A stretch of 64,000 nucleotides of DNA. It comes from Paramoeba atlantica (taxonomy: Eukaryota > Protista > Discosea). Positions 1 through 11,553 of this stretch are shown here, one piece after another. Positions within the stretch are counted from its first letter, which is position 1. Every line of letters begins with the position of its first letter. The notes beneath the pieces were generated by a model, which was not told the DNA's origin, did not search any database, and saw only the letters and a list, made by a program, of their open reading frames with translations. The stretch covers positions 186,001-250,000 of the forward strand of contig CDRNVI010000060.1 in the NCBI GenBank assembly GCA_977017575.1, written 5' to 3'. Position numbers and translations under genes: made by a program.

Positions 1-924
1 TTTTTCATACATTGATGGATTGTTTGATTTATTTATTTATTCCACAAAGCTTCTCATTTTCTTGTGTACGTTTTTTACAACGCATGAGTAAATCTGAAGG
101 AGGTGAATCCTCCCAAAAAGCTATGTGGCCCTCAGCAAAATTTCTAGAAAGTAAAGAGAAAGTCAAGAACACAGAAATTGAGTCCAAAAGTGCGAAAAAG
201 GAGTTGGAGTCGAGTACACAGATCTTGACCCCTTTTCGATCACGGCAAAAAGTATTTCAATAGAGGTGAACACGGAGAGCCTTGAAACATTTTTTGTGTC
301 CTTCGTAAAGATAGTGAAAATGATGAGTCAGTCTAACAGTTCAACGCCCGAAATGCTATGGTGGTTTTGGTCTTCTGTCTGCCTCTGCACATCATTGTGG
401 CCTGAAAGTAGGAAAAGGACAACGTAGGTAGGGGGAAGAAAGTCGGTAGCGAAAAGTCTTAAGGGGAAAGTAAGTGAGGGGAAAAAGGATAAGCAGCAAG
501 TAGGAAATCAGAGCGTTGTTGAGAAACAGTTGTTCAAAAATTAAGCTTTTCAGACGTGCTTAAAACTTTAAACGTGCTGATGCCGCTTGATGCGCGTTCA
601 TCTAAAGGGAGAGAGCAAAAAACGGAAGAAACGGGATTAAAATTGGTACCGTTTCAAAGGATTAGTTTTTTACTGGGTAAATAGAATGGGAAAATTGCCT
701 CTTCGCGGCAGAATGCATTCTCTTCTAAAGCAACGCTAATAGGACGAGCAACGCTGGGATAGGGGGAATAGCATGTATGTGGAGATTGACAATTATAAGT
801 GCTTTTGGTATCATTAAGAAAAACGTGTAAACGACGTATAAAGGGGGGTCATATAGTATTACGGGAACTTCACAGTAATAATTGAGTACACTTTTTCGTT
901 TGTGTGGAAGGAAAATTGGCTTAA

Positions 925-1851
925 TTATTTGAAAATTACTTTTGTACCTTGCGTAATGAGGTCGTCCAATAACTTAGGAAGTATGGAACGGTTAATTTCA
1001 CCTTCAAGTTCATTATTATCCACGAAGAATAGTCGTGTCATTTGTGGTGGGAGCTTATCGAAAAATACTTTTCCGCTGAAAATGTTATTCTCGCACTCCA
1101 GCACCTCCAACGAAGCGGGTAGATGCCGCAAATCTAGCGTTCCGAAAAATTGATTGTTTGATAATATTAGCCAAGTGACAGAGGGCAAGCTACTTAGATT
1201 AACATTACCTGTAAATGCGTTATCCGAAAGGTCTAATGATACGAAGTTCGCTGGGAATTGACTCAAATCTACCTCTCCCGACAAATCATTCTCCTGGACC
1301 CACAGCTCTTGCATATTTTGCGGTAAGTTACACAAGTCCACACCACCTGTAAACGCATTCCCCCCTAATTGGAAAATGCGAAGCGAGGACGGAAGGCTAT
1401 CCAATTTCACCTCTCCACTAAGCCTATTTTCATACAAATAACAGTTCTCGAGCGTTCGTGGGAGATAATCCCAGGCTGGGGAACCCGTCATGGAAATCCC
1501 CGGCATGCCCTGTCCCACCATTCTCCCATAGGGGGACCAATCCATTAGCGTCACACGCTCGCCGTGCTCACAGGCAATACCCTCCCACTCACACGCGGGG
1601 GTGTCCGTGTTCCAGCTCGACGGTTTCCCTCCCCTACGCCGAGGGGGTCCATGCCGGTGAAACGGAATCGTAATATTCTCCACGAAACGCGAGAGCTCGT
1701 ACTCTTGGGGTAGCTGCGCTCCTCGTACCTTACCGAGCGCGGCTCCCGACGTTTCGTCACTTGTAACCTTCTCTATGGTTTTGCGTCGTTTTCGAGGGGG
1801 TAACGGCGTGTCAGAGAGCTGCACAGGACAGGTGATGGGGAGGGGGTTCAT
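925..1851 (-). CDS. Leucine-rich repeat protein (LRRNT-like cap + ~23-aa LRRs) with N-terminal basic motif
   Basis: 308-aa ORF; LGKVRG..LPQEY cap, ACEWEGIAC, repeats LPxxLxxLxLxxNxFxGxVDL; PPRKRRK near N-terminus. Confidence 0.93.
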   Translation of the reverse strand: MNPLPITCPVQLSDTPLPPRKRRKTIEKVTSDETSGAALGKVRGAQLPQEYELSRFVENITIPFHRHGPPRRRGGKPSSWNTDTPACEWEGIACEHGERVTLMDWSPYGRMVGQGMPGISMTGSPAWDYLPRTLENCYLYENRLSGEVKLDSLPSSLRIFQLGGNAFTGGVDLCNLPQNMQELWVQENDLSGEVDLSQFPANFVSLDLSDNAFTGNVNLSSLPSVTWLILSNNQFFGTLDLRHLPASLEVLECENNIFSGKVFFDKLPPQMTRLFFVDNNELEGEINRSILPKLLDDLITQGTKVIFK

Positions 1852-2009
1852 AAGAGGTGTAAATCAGAGGATACGGTGTCTATTCGATAATATTTGGGAA
1901 AGGGATTCTGTCAAATCTGGAGCCATAGGAACAAATCGCACACGTGTACGTTCTGCTGTGGTAGAGTGAGGCCAACAGCACAAGTAGTTGAGAAACATAC
2001 ACCCCTAGT

Positions 2010-2390
2010 CAGCTTAGTTATCCCTGCTACAGGTATTGCATCTGATTCTAATTAACTCTCATAAGTCTCATCAATATAACCCTCCCTTGAAGTCGCAGTG
2101 TCACTTTGACCTCACCCATTACAAGAATCCACCAAACTGGCTGAGGAGAAGTAAGAGTGAGACGTACAATTCCCTTCTCCACGAGCAGCGCATAACTAAC
2201 CCCGACTGTCACGCGATCGCCTTCGAGATAGGCGCACGTGACTTCCCGAATAGTACATGCGGCTATCTAAACGCAGTTTTCAGGGGAGATAGCCAGCTGG
2301 CAAGAAGATGTCGCGAGGAGATGATGCAGATGGCGGGCAGAGCAAGCTATATCATCTGGTCTCGCCGAAATGAGGCGTAATGGACACCGG
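2010..2390 (+). pseudogene. 3' relic of RLE-type non-LTR retrotransposon (restriction-like endonuclease region, HERO/NeSL-like)
   Basis: (P)DLILINS-like start, RSKSETYNSLL, AFEIGARDF (cf. VEVGARGF), ASYIIWSRRNEA*W typical of RLE C-termini. Confidence 0.65.
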
Positions 2391-2489
2391 AAGGCGGTGT
2401 TTCAGCTTAGGAAAAAGTGGATAATATTTAATTAATTGTTTGCGGGTACAACCACATAAATACTCTGCATTAAAATAAATGCATGAACA

Positions 2490-2720
2490 AACGGGCAAGA
2501 AACTTAGCTCCGATTTGATGGCCGGATTAAGCTGAAGAACGGGTCAGAGTTCATACTCGAACTGACATCTCTGTGGGAGGAAAACTTTATATCCTCGCAC
2601 GAATGGAAGATGCAGAAGTATGGGCATGCATACTACCTACAAAGGAAAACGTCAAATACAGCCACATTTCTCCTGGCCATTGAAGTAGGGAAAGCTCAAC
2701 AGCTCAACTGAAGCTCTGAA
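2490..2720 (+). pseudogene. Second, divergent RLE endonuclease relic
   Basis: Translates FILELTSLWEENFISSHEWKMQKY...LLAIEVGK (cf. IIELTVPWEEN..AHERK..KY...EVG). Confidence 0.6.
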
Positions 2721-3260
2721 CTTCATTTTTGGTGGAAACAGGACCACCACCTTGCGATGCCGACAAAGCATGGTAAAAAGAGCTCTTAGTGGGACCTTTA
2801 AAAATTTTAATAGTCGCGACAGAGCAGTGAAGTGAGGGCATATGCTCGTGAAGGTTTTAAAAACCTAGGAGAAACTCGTTTTGTGCGAGGATTGCATGCT
2901 AGTCATGCATCTTCTGGGTATCAATCTGTGCAGTTAAACGGGATGAATATCATATACGATTTCGGAAACGTCATGTATACCACCATTTTTCGACCCAATT
3001 AGGTCTTCCGCTATCATTTTCACTCTTCCGCTATCTTTTTCACTCCAACGACCTTGTTCCGGGGACTTAATTTTTTTCTTTCCAAAAATACAGGATTTCT
3101 TTTAGGGCACCTTAGTGAAATCAAATTTTTCACCTTTCCCTTTCATTGTATTGCGATGTCAGGTTTCCCCCCATCAAATCAGCAAAACATAATCAATGTT
3201 CGCTCTGATTAACACACAATATCCAAAATTGTATGCAAAATCCCCATTTTAGATGCAATA

Positions 3261-3962
3261 TCACTCCGGTAGGATGCTAATGAGTGTGCCATCAGTCTTG
3301 ATCAATAATTTCCCCGAAAGATTCTTCTTCCTGATTTCACCTTGCAGGAGAGTATTGTTTCTCATCCACAAGAACCTCAGACTTTGCGGTAATGAGTTCA
3401 GAAGCACTTCCCTTTCAAAACAATTGTTGGAAAGATAGAGGGTTTCTAGATTGGGAGGAAGATGGCCCAAATCCAATGTGCCGGTCAATTTATTCGCTGC
3501 CAAATTCAGAATTCTTAACTGTGACGGCAAGCTGTTTAATACAACTGATCCGGTGAACATATTTTCATCTAAGTAAAGAGAGCGCAAGGCGCTCGGCAGA
3601 GAAACGAGATCAACGGCACCTGAAAATGCATTTTCAGATAGATTCAGTAGCTCTAGAGGGCCCGGAAGATAGTCTAGTCGAACGCTGCCAAACAGTGCAT
3701 TCTCGGAAGCATGAAAATCAATAATGGAATCAGGAAGATATTCTAAACAGAGTAGGCCCCGAAGATGTAGGACTTCCCAATTAATTTCAGTTACCATACT
3801 ACTCTGGTCGCAACTCACGTCTTCCCATTCGCAGGCAGGGGTACTCGTATTCCAGGATGGGCGAGGGTTTTCAATGTTTTGAATTAGTCGCGTTAAATTG
3901 TATTCTTGTGGCATTGACGAACCTTGTACCTTGCCGGGTTTTAAAACGGATGAATCGGACAT
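3261..3962 (-). CDS. Leucine-rich repeat protein
   Basis: 233-aa ORF, same cap (GKVQG..PQEY, TPACEWEDVSC) and LRRs. Confidence 0.93.
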   Translation of the reverse strand: MSDSSVLKPGKVQGSSMPQEYNLTRLIQNIENPRPSWNTSTPACEWEDVSCDQSSMVTEINWEVLHLRGLLCLEYLPDSIIDFHASENALFGSVRLDYLPGPLELLNLSENAFSGAVDLVSLPSALRSLYLDENMFTGSVVLNSLPSQLRILNLAANKLTGTLDLGHLPPNLETLYLSNNCFEREVLLNSLPQSLRFLWMRNNTLLQGEIRKKNLSGKLLIKTDGTLISILPE

Positions 3963-4443
3963 AGATGATGAAATCCAAGGAAATGAAAAAAACTGAGGTA
4001 GAAAGCGTTACATAAGAAAAAGGGGAATTCTAAAAGCGCAAAATTATTTTAAAGGTGGAGGCCAGCTTTGAAGAAAGCGTATCCTCGATACTTTGAGTTT
4101 TCAGAATGTTTATACGATTTTTTAAAGTCCAAAATCGAAAGGTAAAAAGGCTTTCCCGTACAGTTTTGGCGTCATGCTGTACAGTTTCTATAAATATTTT
4201 TTTCGTTTTCTAAAATACCAGACTCCCCTACATTAGATGAAAACTGAACCACCCCTTTTGTACTGCTTAACCATGTTCAACACTGGGAGCCAACCTTTTG
4301 ACAAGGGATTTGCCTGCAAACAATTTCTTTATATTATCTAACTGTAACTCGTCACTGTAAGAATTGATATAGTTACATGTGTACATGTGGAATTTTTGTC
4401 CTCATTTGTTTTTTTCTAAAACATACAAAGTTAAAGTACTGCA

Positions 4444-5301
4444 CTACAGTACAGTAATTGTAACACATTTTGGAATTGGCCAAGACTGCACTTCCAAATC
4501 GCAGATATTTCCTTTCAAATTCAAATCTTCCATTGTTGCTGGTAAGGCGTCAAATGCTACTTTTCCCGTAAAAGCGTTGTTCCCAAGGGAAAGTGTACGC
4601 ATAAACGGCGGAAGGGAGCGCAGAACCAACTCACCATTCAACTTATTACCGGTCAAGTGCAAAACTGTAAGTTCTTTCGGGAGACAGGTTAAGTTTACAC
4701 TTCCAACAAAAAGATTTTCATGCAGAAAAAGTCTTTGAAGTTGTCCTGGGAGAAGCGTCAGGTCTAGATTCCCTGAAAAATCATTACGCGACACAGAAAA
4801 CAACCTCAATGGAGGAGGCAGTGAGGTCAAGTCAAGCATACCTGAAAATCTTGTACCAGATGAAAAAAGCTGTTCAACGAATTGTGGGAGGGAAGGGGCA
4901 TCGAAGGATCCGTATAAGGGGTTGTATTGTATGTTTAAAGAACTCAGTTTCGGGGGAAATGCGGAAACTGGAAGAGTTCCGCTGAGTTTATTATTTCCCA
5001 CACGAACAGTACACGTTGTGTGGGGTAGATACTCCCATGAGAGATTACCCTTCAGTGCCCTGGACGACCAATCAATATTGAGCACTTCATCATTGGAATT
5101 ACAAGCGACACCCGCCCACAAACATGCTTCTGTTTCCTTCCTCGTAATCAGTAACTTCGTCTCGAGATTCTCAATGAATTTTGCCATTTGCATGTCATGT
5201 GAGAGGATGGCTCCTCGCACTTTCCCTAGACGTGCATTCGTGCGAGTATTGGTCAAATCCGCCAGTGAAGCACTTCTGAGGATTAGTAATGAGATTGACA
5301 T
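4444..5301 (-). CDS. Leucine-rich repeat protein
   Basis: 285-aa ORF, LGKVRGAIL cap, ACLWAGVAC, ~7 LRRs. Confidence 0.93.
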   Translation of the reverse strand: MSISLLILRSASLADLTNTRTNARLGKVRGAILSHDMQMAKFIENLETKLLITRKETEACLWAGVACNSNDEVLNIDWSSRALKGNLSWEYLPHTTCTVRVGNNKLSGTLPVSAFPPKLSSLNIQYNPLYGSFDAPSLPQFVEQLFSSGTRFSGMLDLTSLPPPLRLFSVSRNDFSGNLDLTLLPGQLQRLFLHENLFVGSVNLTCLPKELTVLHLTGNKLNGELVLRSLPPFMRTLSLGNNAFTGKVAFDALPATMEDLNLKGNICDLEVQSWPIPKCVTITVL

Positions 5302-5489
5302 TAAATAATGGTAATAGAGTACACACAGTTATTAGTATGACAATATGTCGTAAAACAAAAATTAGTAAATGTTTAATTACTAGTAGTAAAACACGTTGAA
5401 AAATTCATGTTTTACACCTTACATTCTTTTCTTTTCGGAGTTCTACTTTTTTTACTAAAAAGTTTCAGATTACTATGTCGCACTACATC

Positions 5490-5810
5490 GGAGAATATTC
5501 CTCAGCAATCTGATAAGTGCTTCGTCTAACTAAGAGTTTTCTCACGGAAGACGAAGAAGTTCGGTTGTTGAAAACGTTTTTGCTGATTCGACAAACTGGC
5601 GTTGCTGTCGACGCAGCTCGCGTAGCAAACATTGCGAAAGGTATCAGAAAACAGCGACAAGCGGGACACACAGTGCTGAAAGGTGGCATGCTGAAGTTTT
5701 CGATTTCCTGGGCAAATTCTTGGATGCTCCGCAATGCCAGTATGGTGCGATGGGCAACTAAAACTCGAACTGTGACACCTATTGAAGTCGCGCAGACAGC
5801 CAATGTATTT
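5490..5810 (+). pseudogene. pogo/Tc5 transposase CENP-B-type HTH relic
   Basis: LTEDEEVRLL..LIRQTGVAV..ANIAK..LKFSISWANSWMLRN..RWATKTRT matches the CENP-B HTH pattern; no DDE domain follows. Confidence 0.6.
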
Positions 5811-6039
5811 TTTTCTCATCTACAGTGCGGGGCTTATTACGGGACGGGTTAAAGCACAGCGGTGCGCAGGCATATTCCCCCCTTCCTGGGGATTGGGTTT
5901 CAAAATGGTATGTGAGTGTTTACTTTAATACTTTTCATAGGAAAAACTGTCGATTATTTCTTAATCCGATATCTTTCTCTAGTGTGGAGAAACCACGAAA
6001 TGCAATTTACCAACGACGGTTGACTGGATGCTTTCCATT

Positions 6040-6475
6040 TCTTGATATATTCCACTTCTTCGTTTTGATCGATATTAGACTTTCGGTACTTTTTCTGCTT
6101 AGTTCATCCTTTCTTCCCCACGCAACGAGCGTACCGTTATCAAAATTTCATGCCCAGTATTCATGCCCTTTCCCTGCCGGTACTAAGACTGGAACTGTCC
6201 CCTTTTCTTGCTGAAGCGGTAGACGCCTCTCGATCCCTTGACCCCTCCCAGCCACTCCCGTGGAGTGAGTGCTTCCCTCCCAGCTTCTTTCTTGTCCACG
6301 TTTACCTTTGGCTAGGCATTATGCTGGGCGTTATGGCAACAAGTTATTTCTGTGAACTATACTCCTACATTGTCCTTGGATACACTACTACAGTTGTAGC
6401 TCTAATAGGCAAATTTGTCCCGGGATATTGGCATATTGGTGTGACAAACGCTAATACACCCGGAGCAGTCCACAC
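6040..6475 (+). repeat. Unspliced-looking member of the SL-headed repeat family (pyrimidine tract + AG acceptors)
   Basis: Pyrimidine tract, AG at 6077-78 and 6101-02, then TTCATCCTTTCTTCCCC and GCCGGTACTAAGACTGGAACTGTCCC homologous to 8252-8820 and 48235-49128; 3' part differs. Confidence 0.75.
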
Positions 6476-8251
6476 TGTGTAGTCAACACTGTGTAGTCAA
6501 CACTACTACTAGTGTTGTAGCTCTAATGCTAGTTTAGTTGTAGCTCTAATAGGCAAATTTGCCACGGGAACAACGAAGCCACTTCAAATAAGAGGTTTCA
6601 GAGGGGTGACTCCTGCCCCCAAGGGGGGACAGGGTTTAAGAGGGACGCCCCCGGGCGCTCCCCTTAAACTTCTACGGAGCTCCGACTTGGTGAAATCATT
6701 TTCGCAAAGAGATCCGGAATCCTCAATGTCCCTTGGATGGAACATGCTGGGCTAACATGACAAAGAGTTAGAAAGGGAGACCGGCGTTGGGCTGTCGTCG
6801 GTGATGGGGCGAGGCAACCCCAGCCTTCCGAAGTAAGGACTTCGAGCTAGCTGCAGGGATTCCTGTTCCTGTTTAACATCTTTTGGCGGGGTCGTTAACC
6901 ACATTCCGGGGGGTATAAGACGGCGTGGTAAGCAGGGGTCCAAAAAACTTTTAAAGTTTAATTTATAGCAAAAAAAAGAAATATTTTTATCACATACCCG
7001 TTTAACATACCTATACCTTGGATAACTTACCGGGGGGGGTATATTATTCTGGCCCGCGACACCTAATATACTCCCCCTCGTCCCACACATTTTCTTATGT
7101 AACGGTACAAAAGTCCAACCGTAAGATCACGTACCTTTTTAAAAAAAATGTTTCTATGCATTTTTAGATGCATTTTGATACGTTCTAGCATTTGGTACTA
7201 CGCGCGGTACATCTGTAGATACAGGTTCTAACAGTGGAAGGGTTTTTCTTCTCTTAGCTATTGCATTACCAGTCTACTTGACATACTTATACCTTGATAA
7301 CATACCTATACCTTGATAACATACCGGGGGGTGGTGTGTTAAATGGGTATGTGGTTTAGTACTATACATTGATGCTATAAGTAATTCAAAAACTTCGAAA
7401 ACTATAAATGGTGAAAAACAAATTTCGCGCCGCTTCGCGGGGCGTGTTTCTATCATGAGTTATATACGCGGGGTACCTTTCGGGGCTGCTTTTTATATAC
7501 TATCCCCCCTAGCAATCCGCTTTCTGCATTTGGGCTTGCTCCCCCTTCTTCCTCTACGGTCCTCCAAAGTCGATATCAAAAGCGATGTCCCATTCTTCTG
7601 ACACGGGTCGTTGCATGTATAAGAATGATTTATGTGGCGCGATAGTGTCTGAGGTACATGAATGGGTTGGAACCGCGGCCATTCCAAAAGCCAAAGTTTC
7701 GGATGTGTTCCGCGTGAAGTTAGAAGAAGTTTTTATCAGGGTCGTCAAGGTACCTGCGATAAAGACAGCAAAGAAGCCCTGGAAAACAGACTTAGACTGA
7801 TGTACAGTACAGTACAGTATGCAGACTCGCCGTACAGATCGGTGAAGGTCAGTGTGGATCAGAGATCTCTAGAGATTGATGAAGATAATTCTCGAACGCC
7901 CCAAAGGGACTACCTGCAGACTCTCCCTTTCAACAGTGGCGAAAATCTGTACAAAAATTAGTATCAAAAAAAAGCTTTCCGGCGTTGTTATTCTGAACGA
8001 TGCGTCAAAATTGCGCTTAAGTGGCCGGGTCAAACGGTCGCGCATAAGTGGGGGGGACAGTAAATAGGCAACCATTTTCGGTCTGCGGACTGGTACTTCG
8101 CTCGTCAGGTGGTCTATGGCAGGGAATGATCAAAGGTCAAGAGGGTTATGTGAGACATTTTTTCAAAAACCTATCTTCTTTGCTGTGGATGCGACACCAA
8201 AACGGGTTGCAGCTTGGCAAATATCCGTTGCACGTCCGAATATTATAAATG

Positions 8252-8820
8252 TGTTTTATCATGCACTTATAGTGCAGAGATTTGCTCACCATGTCCTTAT
8301 CCCGCATACGACGGGTGGATCATGTGAGGTTTCGTCCTCGCCGGAGGTGTGCGGGTGCGGAGAGCTGGCGTCCCAGGTGCAGAGAGCTCGGTTGTCATGT
8401 GCAGGTGCAGAGAGCCGGATGCGTAATCCCCATATTACAGTTTCGGGGGCAATCCGGGTGCAGAGAGCTGCGACAGAGCCGAGGTGCGGAGAGCTGGGCG
8501 ACCGCCAGGTGCAGAGAGCCGAGTCTCGTCGGCGGAGGACACGTCTAGTGGTCCTCAAGGAAGGCCACCGTGACGCATGGCCCTCTCGGAGAGGAAAAAG
8601 ACAAGTCGAAAAAAAGCCGAGAGGGGGAAGCACACTCACTCCAGGGGAGTGAGTCGGGGAGGGGTGAAGTGGTGAAAGCGCGTCCCCTGCTTCAGCGACA
8701 AGAGGGACAGTTCCGACCTTAGTGCCGGCCGGCAACGGGCATGAAAATACAGTAAGAGTATGCCCGTTGCCGGGGAAAGAAAGGATGAACAACAAGGTAC
8801 AGAAACTGTATCTACGTTAG
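8252..8820 (-). mobile_element. ~570-bp SINE-like retroposon headed by spliced-leader-like sequence
   Basis: Minus strand starts CTAACGTAGATACAGTTTCTGTACCTTGTTG|TTCATCC; colinear with 48235-49128; 13-bp stem GGCAACGGGCAT/ATGCCCGTTGCC; several CTCTCTGCACC repeats. Confidence 0.75.
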
Positions 8821-9189
8821 AATACGCAATATGGTAAGATCACGGAATTGACGTCGCTGAGCGTTGACCTTAGAACTGGAAGTAAATAACTCAATGGATT
8901 TTAAGCCAACTTTAGTTAATATTGCATTCTGAGCTTTCAGATAGCGAGGTTTCCTCTCAACTGCGTCGCGAGGGTGTTGCTGATATTTGTAGCCGATCTG
9001 GAGTACACGGGGACGAAACATGTGGTCTCCAACGAGCATACAGCACATAGCTGTTATAATAATTATTAATAGAGCGCTTGGATAATTAAGAATTATCACA
9101 ACCTACGCGGACAGTGCGGGGTAGGGAATGGTAGAAGTGGGTGGTGGAAAGTGGGGGCGGTGGGGCGTGGGTGGGATGTGAGATCAAGA

Positions 9190-9218
9190 GGTGTGTGTGT
9201 GTGCGTGTGTGTGTGTGA
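9190..9218. repeat. (TG)n microsatellite
   Basis: gtgtgtgtgtgtgcgtgtgtgtgtgtg. Confidence 0.9.
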
Positions 9219-9534
9219 GGATTTGGGGGTCGTCGGTGATGGGGCGCGTTGTATGTGTGTGCGGTGGTAAGTGGTAGTATCATCTGAGCAGCAGATCATC
9301 TGACGAGTGCCGCTTTTAATTTTCAATGTGCAACATATGCCCGAATTCACGTTCGGAATGGGTTTCGGAAAAATGAATTTTATTCAGCGCTAAACAACTA
9401 ATGCGGAGATGCTTGTACTTTTTTGGAAATTGATGTCTTTTCACACATAACCAGAATACTGGATTGGCCGGATCCCGCACAAACCACCACTCCATCAAGA
9501 CCTCACTATCCATACTTTTCGGCATTAGGATGTA

Positions 9535-9596
9535 CTGTCCCCCCTGTTTAAGCGCACCTTGTTTTCCGTGAAAGGTGCGCTTAAACGGGGGGTCAG
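9535..9596. mobile_element. 62-bp palindromic mini-MITE
   Basis: CTGTCCCCCCTGTTTAAGCGCACCTT ... AAGGTGCGCTTAAACGGGGGGTCAG inverted repeat, TA on the left only. Confidence 0.55.
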
Positions 9597-10309
9597 TTTT
9601 AATCTTAAATAGATTAACCGTAATTAGGTAAAAACAGTAATTAAGGGCAACCGTAATTAGGTAACGCCCGGTAATTCTTTAATAATAATTATTATTGGAA
9701 GAAAAAATTATTAATAATTTTACAGCTATGATACAGCAAACGGCTTCGAGCGCTTCATAAGTCGATACTTGATATTACCTATTTTTCATGTCTGCGTGAA
9801 GAAATCTTATTCGAGAGGTTGCTCAGTTACCTAACGAAATTCGAGAGCGAATTAAATTTGTTAGAAGTGAAGAGCAAACCCGATAGGAAGAATAAGGAGA
9901 AGTAAAAGGGAATGATGAGCAGTAGAAGAATTACAATATTGAGAAATACATTATTGAAGTTGGTAATACTTAGGGCTATTTTTGTGATATCAAGTATAGA
10001 AAAAGCATTTCACTGTGTATGGCTTCCTTTGTTTACGTTTTGAATACATTGTCATATCTTTCAACACCATAACTTAGTTAAGAACCACAATATTCGTACT
10101 CAGAAGACGAAGCGGGTAATCAATTACATGCTGCGGAAGTTCTGACATCTTTACTTCAGCACATAACGCTTCGTTATATCTTATTTATTTATATTTTATG
10201 CAGGGCAAAACCTGCAGAGCGATCGCCTGACTGAATTTGCGTGATGGTACATGTACTTCTTTAAAAAATAGAGGTCCATTTTTTATGTTAGGTATGTATT
10301 GTATTCATA

Positions 10310-10629
10310 CATTGATTTTAGAATGTTCGGCTTATTTCCTAAAGCTTCTGATTTTCTTGTCTGCGTTTTTTACAACACACTTGTATGAGTAAATCTGGTG
10401 GAAGTGAATCCCCTAAAAAGCCTGTGTGGTACCCAACAAAAATTTCTGAAAAGTAAAGAGAAAGTGAAAAAAACAGAAATTGAACTCAAAATGGTGTGCA
10501 CCCCCTAGGCCCACCTGAAGCCTACTCCCTAACACCGCGACGGTACCAATCATGTACCACCTGTACCAATCTTGTAACTCGAAAAGGCGAAAAAGGAATT
10601 CGAATCCGAGTATACGGATCTCAACTCCA
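10310..10629. repeat. Older diverged tandem copy of the first ~200 bp of the duplication unit
   Basis: ttcatacattgat..aaagcttct.attttcttgt..cgttttttacaac..atgagtaaatctg..aaagtaaagagaaagt resembles 10630-10830 and 1-200. Confidence 0.75.
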
Positions 10630-11553
10630 TTTTTCATACATTGATGGATTGTTTGATTTATTTATTTATTCCACAAAGCTTCTCATTTTCTTGTGTACGT
10701 TTTTTACAACGCATGAGTAAATCTGAAGGAGGTGAATCCTCCCAAAAAGCTGTGTGGCCCTCAGCAAAATATCTAGAAAGTAAAGAGAAAGTCAAGAACA
10801 CAGAAATTGAGTCCAAAAGTGCGAAAAAGGAGTTGGAGTCGAGTACACAGATCTTGACCCCTTTTCGATCACGGCAAAAAGTATTTCAATAGAGGTGAAC
10901 ACGGAGAGCCTTGAAACATTTTTTGCGCCCTTCGGAAAGATAGTGAAAATAATGAGTCAGTCTAACAGTTCAACGCCCGAAATGCTATGGTGGGTTTGGT
11001 CTTCTGTCTGCCTCTGCACATCATTGTGGCCTGAAAGTAGGAAAAGGACAACGTAGGTAGTGGGAAGAAAGTCGGTAGCGAAAAGTCTTAAGGGGAAAGT
11101 AAGTGAGGGGAAAAAGGATAAGCAGCAAGTAGGAAATCAGAGCGTTGTTGAGAAACAGTTGTTCAAAAATTAAGCTTTTCAGACGTGCTTAAAACTTTAA
11201 ACGTGCTGATGCCGCTTGATGCGCGTTCATCTAAAGGGAGAGAGCAAAAAACGGAAGAAACGGGATTAAAATTGGTACCGTTTCAAAGGATTAGTTTTTT
11301 ACTGGGTAAATAGAATGGGAAAATTGCCTCTTCGCGGCAGAATGCATTCTCTTCTAAAGCAACGCTAATAGGACGGGCAACGCTGGGATAGGGGGAATAG
11401 CATGTATGTGGAGATTGACAATTATAAGTGCTTTTGGTATCATTAAGAAAAACGTGTAAACGACGTATAAAGGGGGGTCATATAGTATTACGGGAACTTC
11501 ACAGTAATAATTGAGTACACTTTTTCGTTTGTGTGGAAGGAAAATTGGCTTAA

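Larger units (their letters stand above)
1..6475. repeat. Segmental duplication copy A (runs off the window start)
   Basis: Colinear and near-identical to 10630-17100 (offset 10629 at start); same ORFs; small indels, e.g. ~105 bp at ~2876-2980 absent from copy B. Confidence 0.97.

Noticed and set aside
12-263. 83-aa plus-strand ORF conserved at 10641-10892
   Set aside because: Conservation is explained by recent duplication; wrong strand; the older copy at 10310-10629 does not keep the frame
7500-8250. Possible Tc1-like relic (VILNDASKLRL, GGLWQGM)
   Set aside because: Motifs too degenerate and no TIR pair found
8286-8795. 169-aa ORF in the SL-headed repeat
   Set aside because: The frame is not preserved in the 48.6-kb copy; low-complexity product
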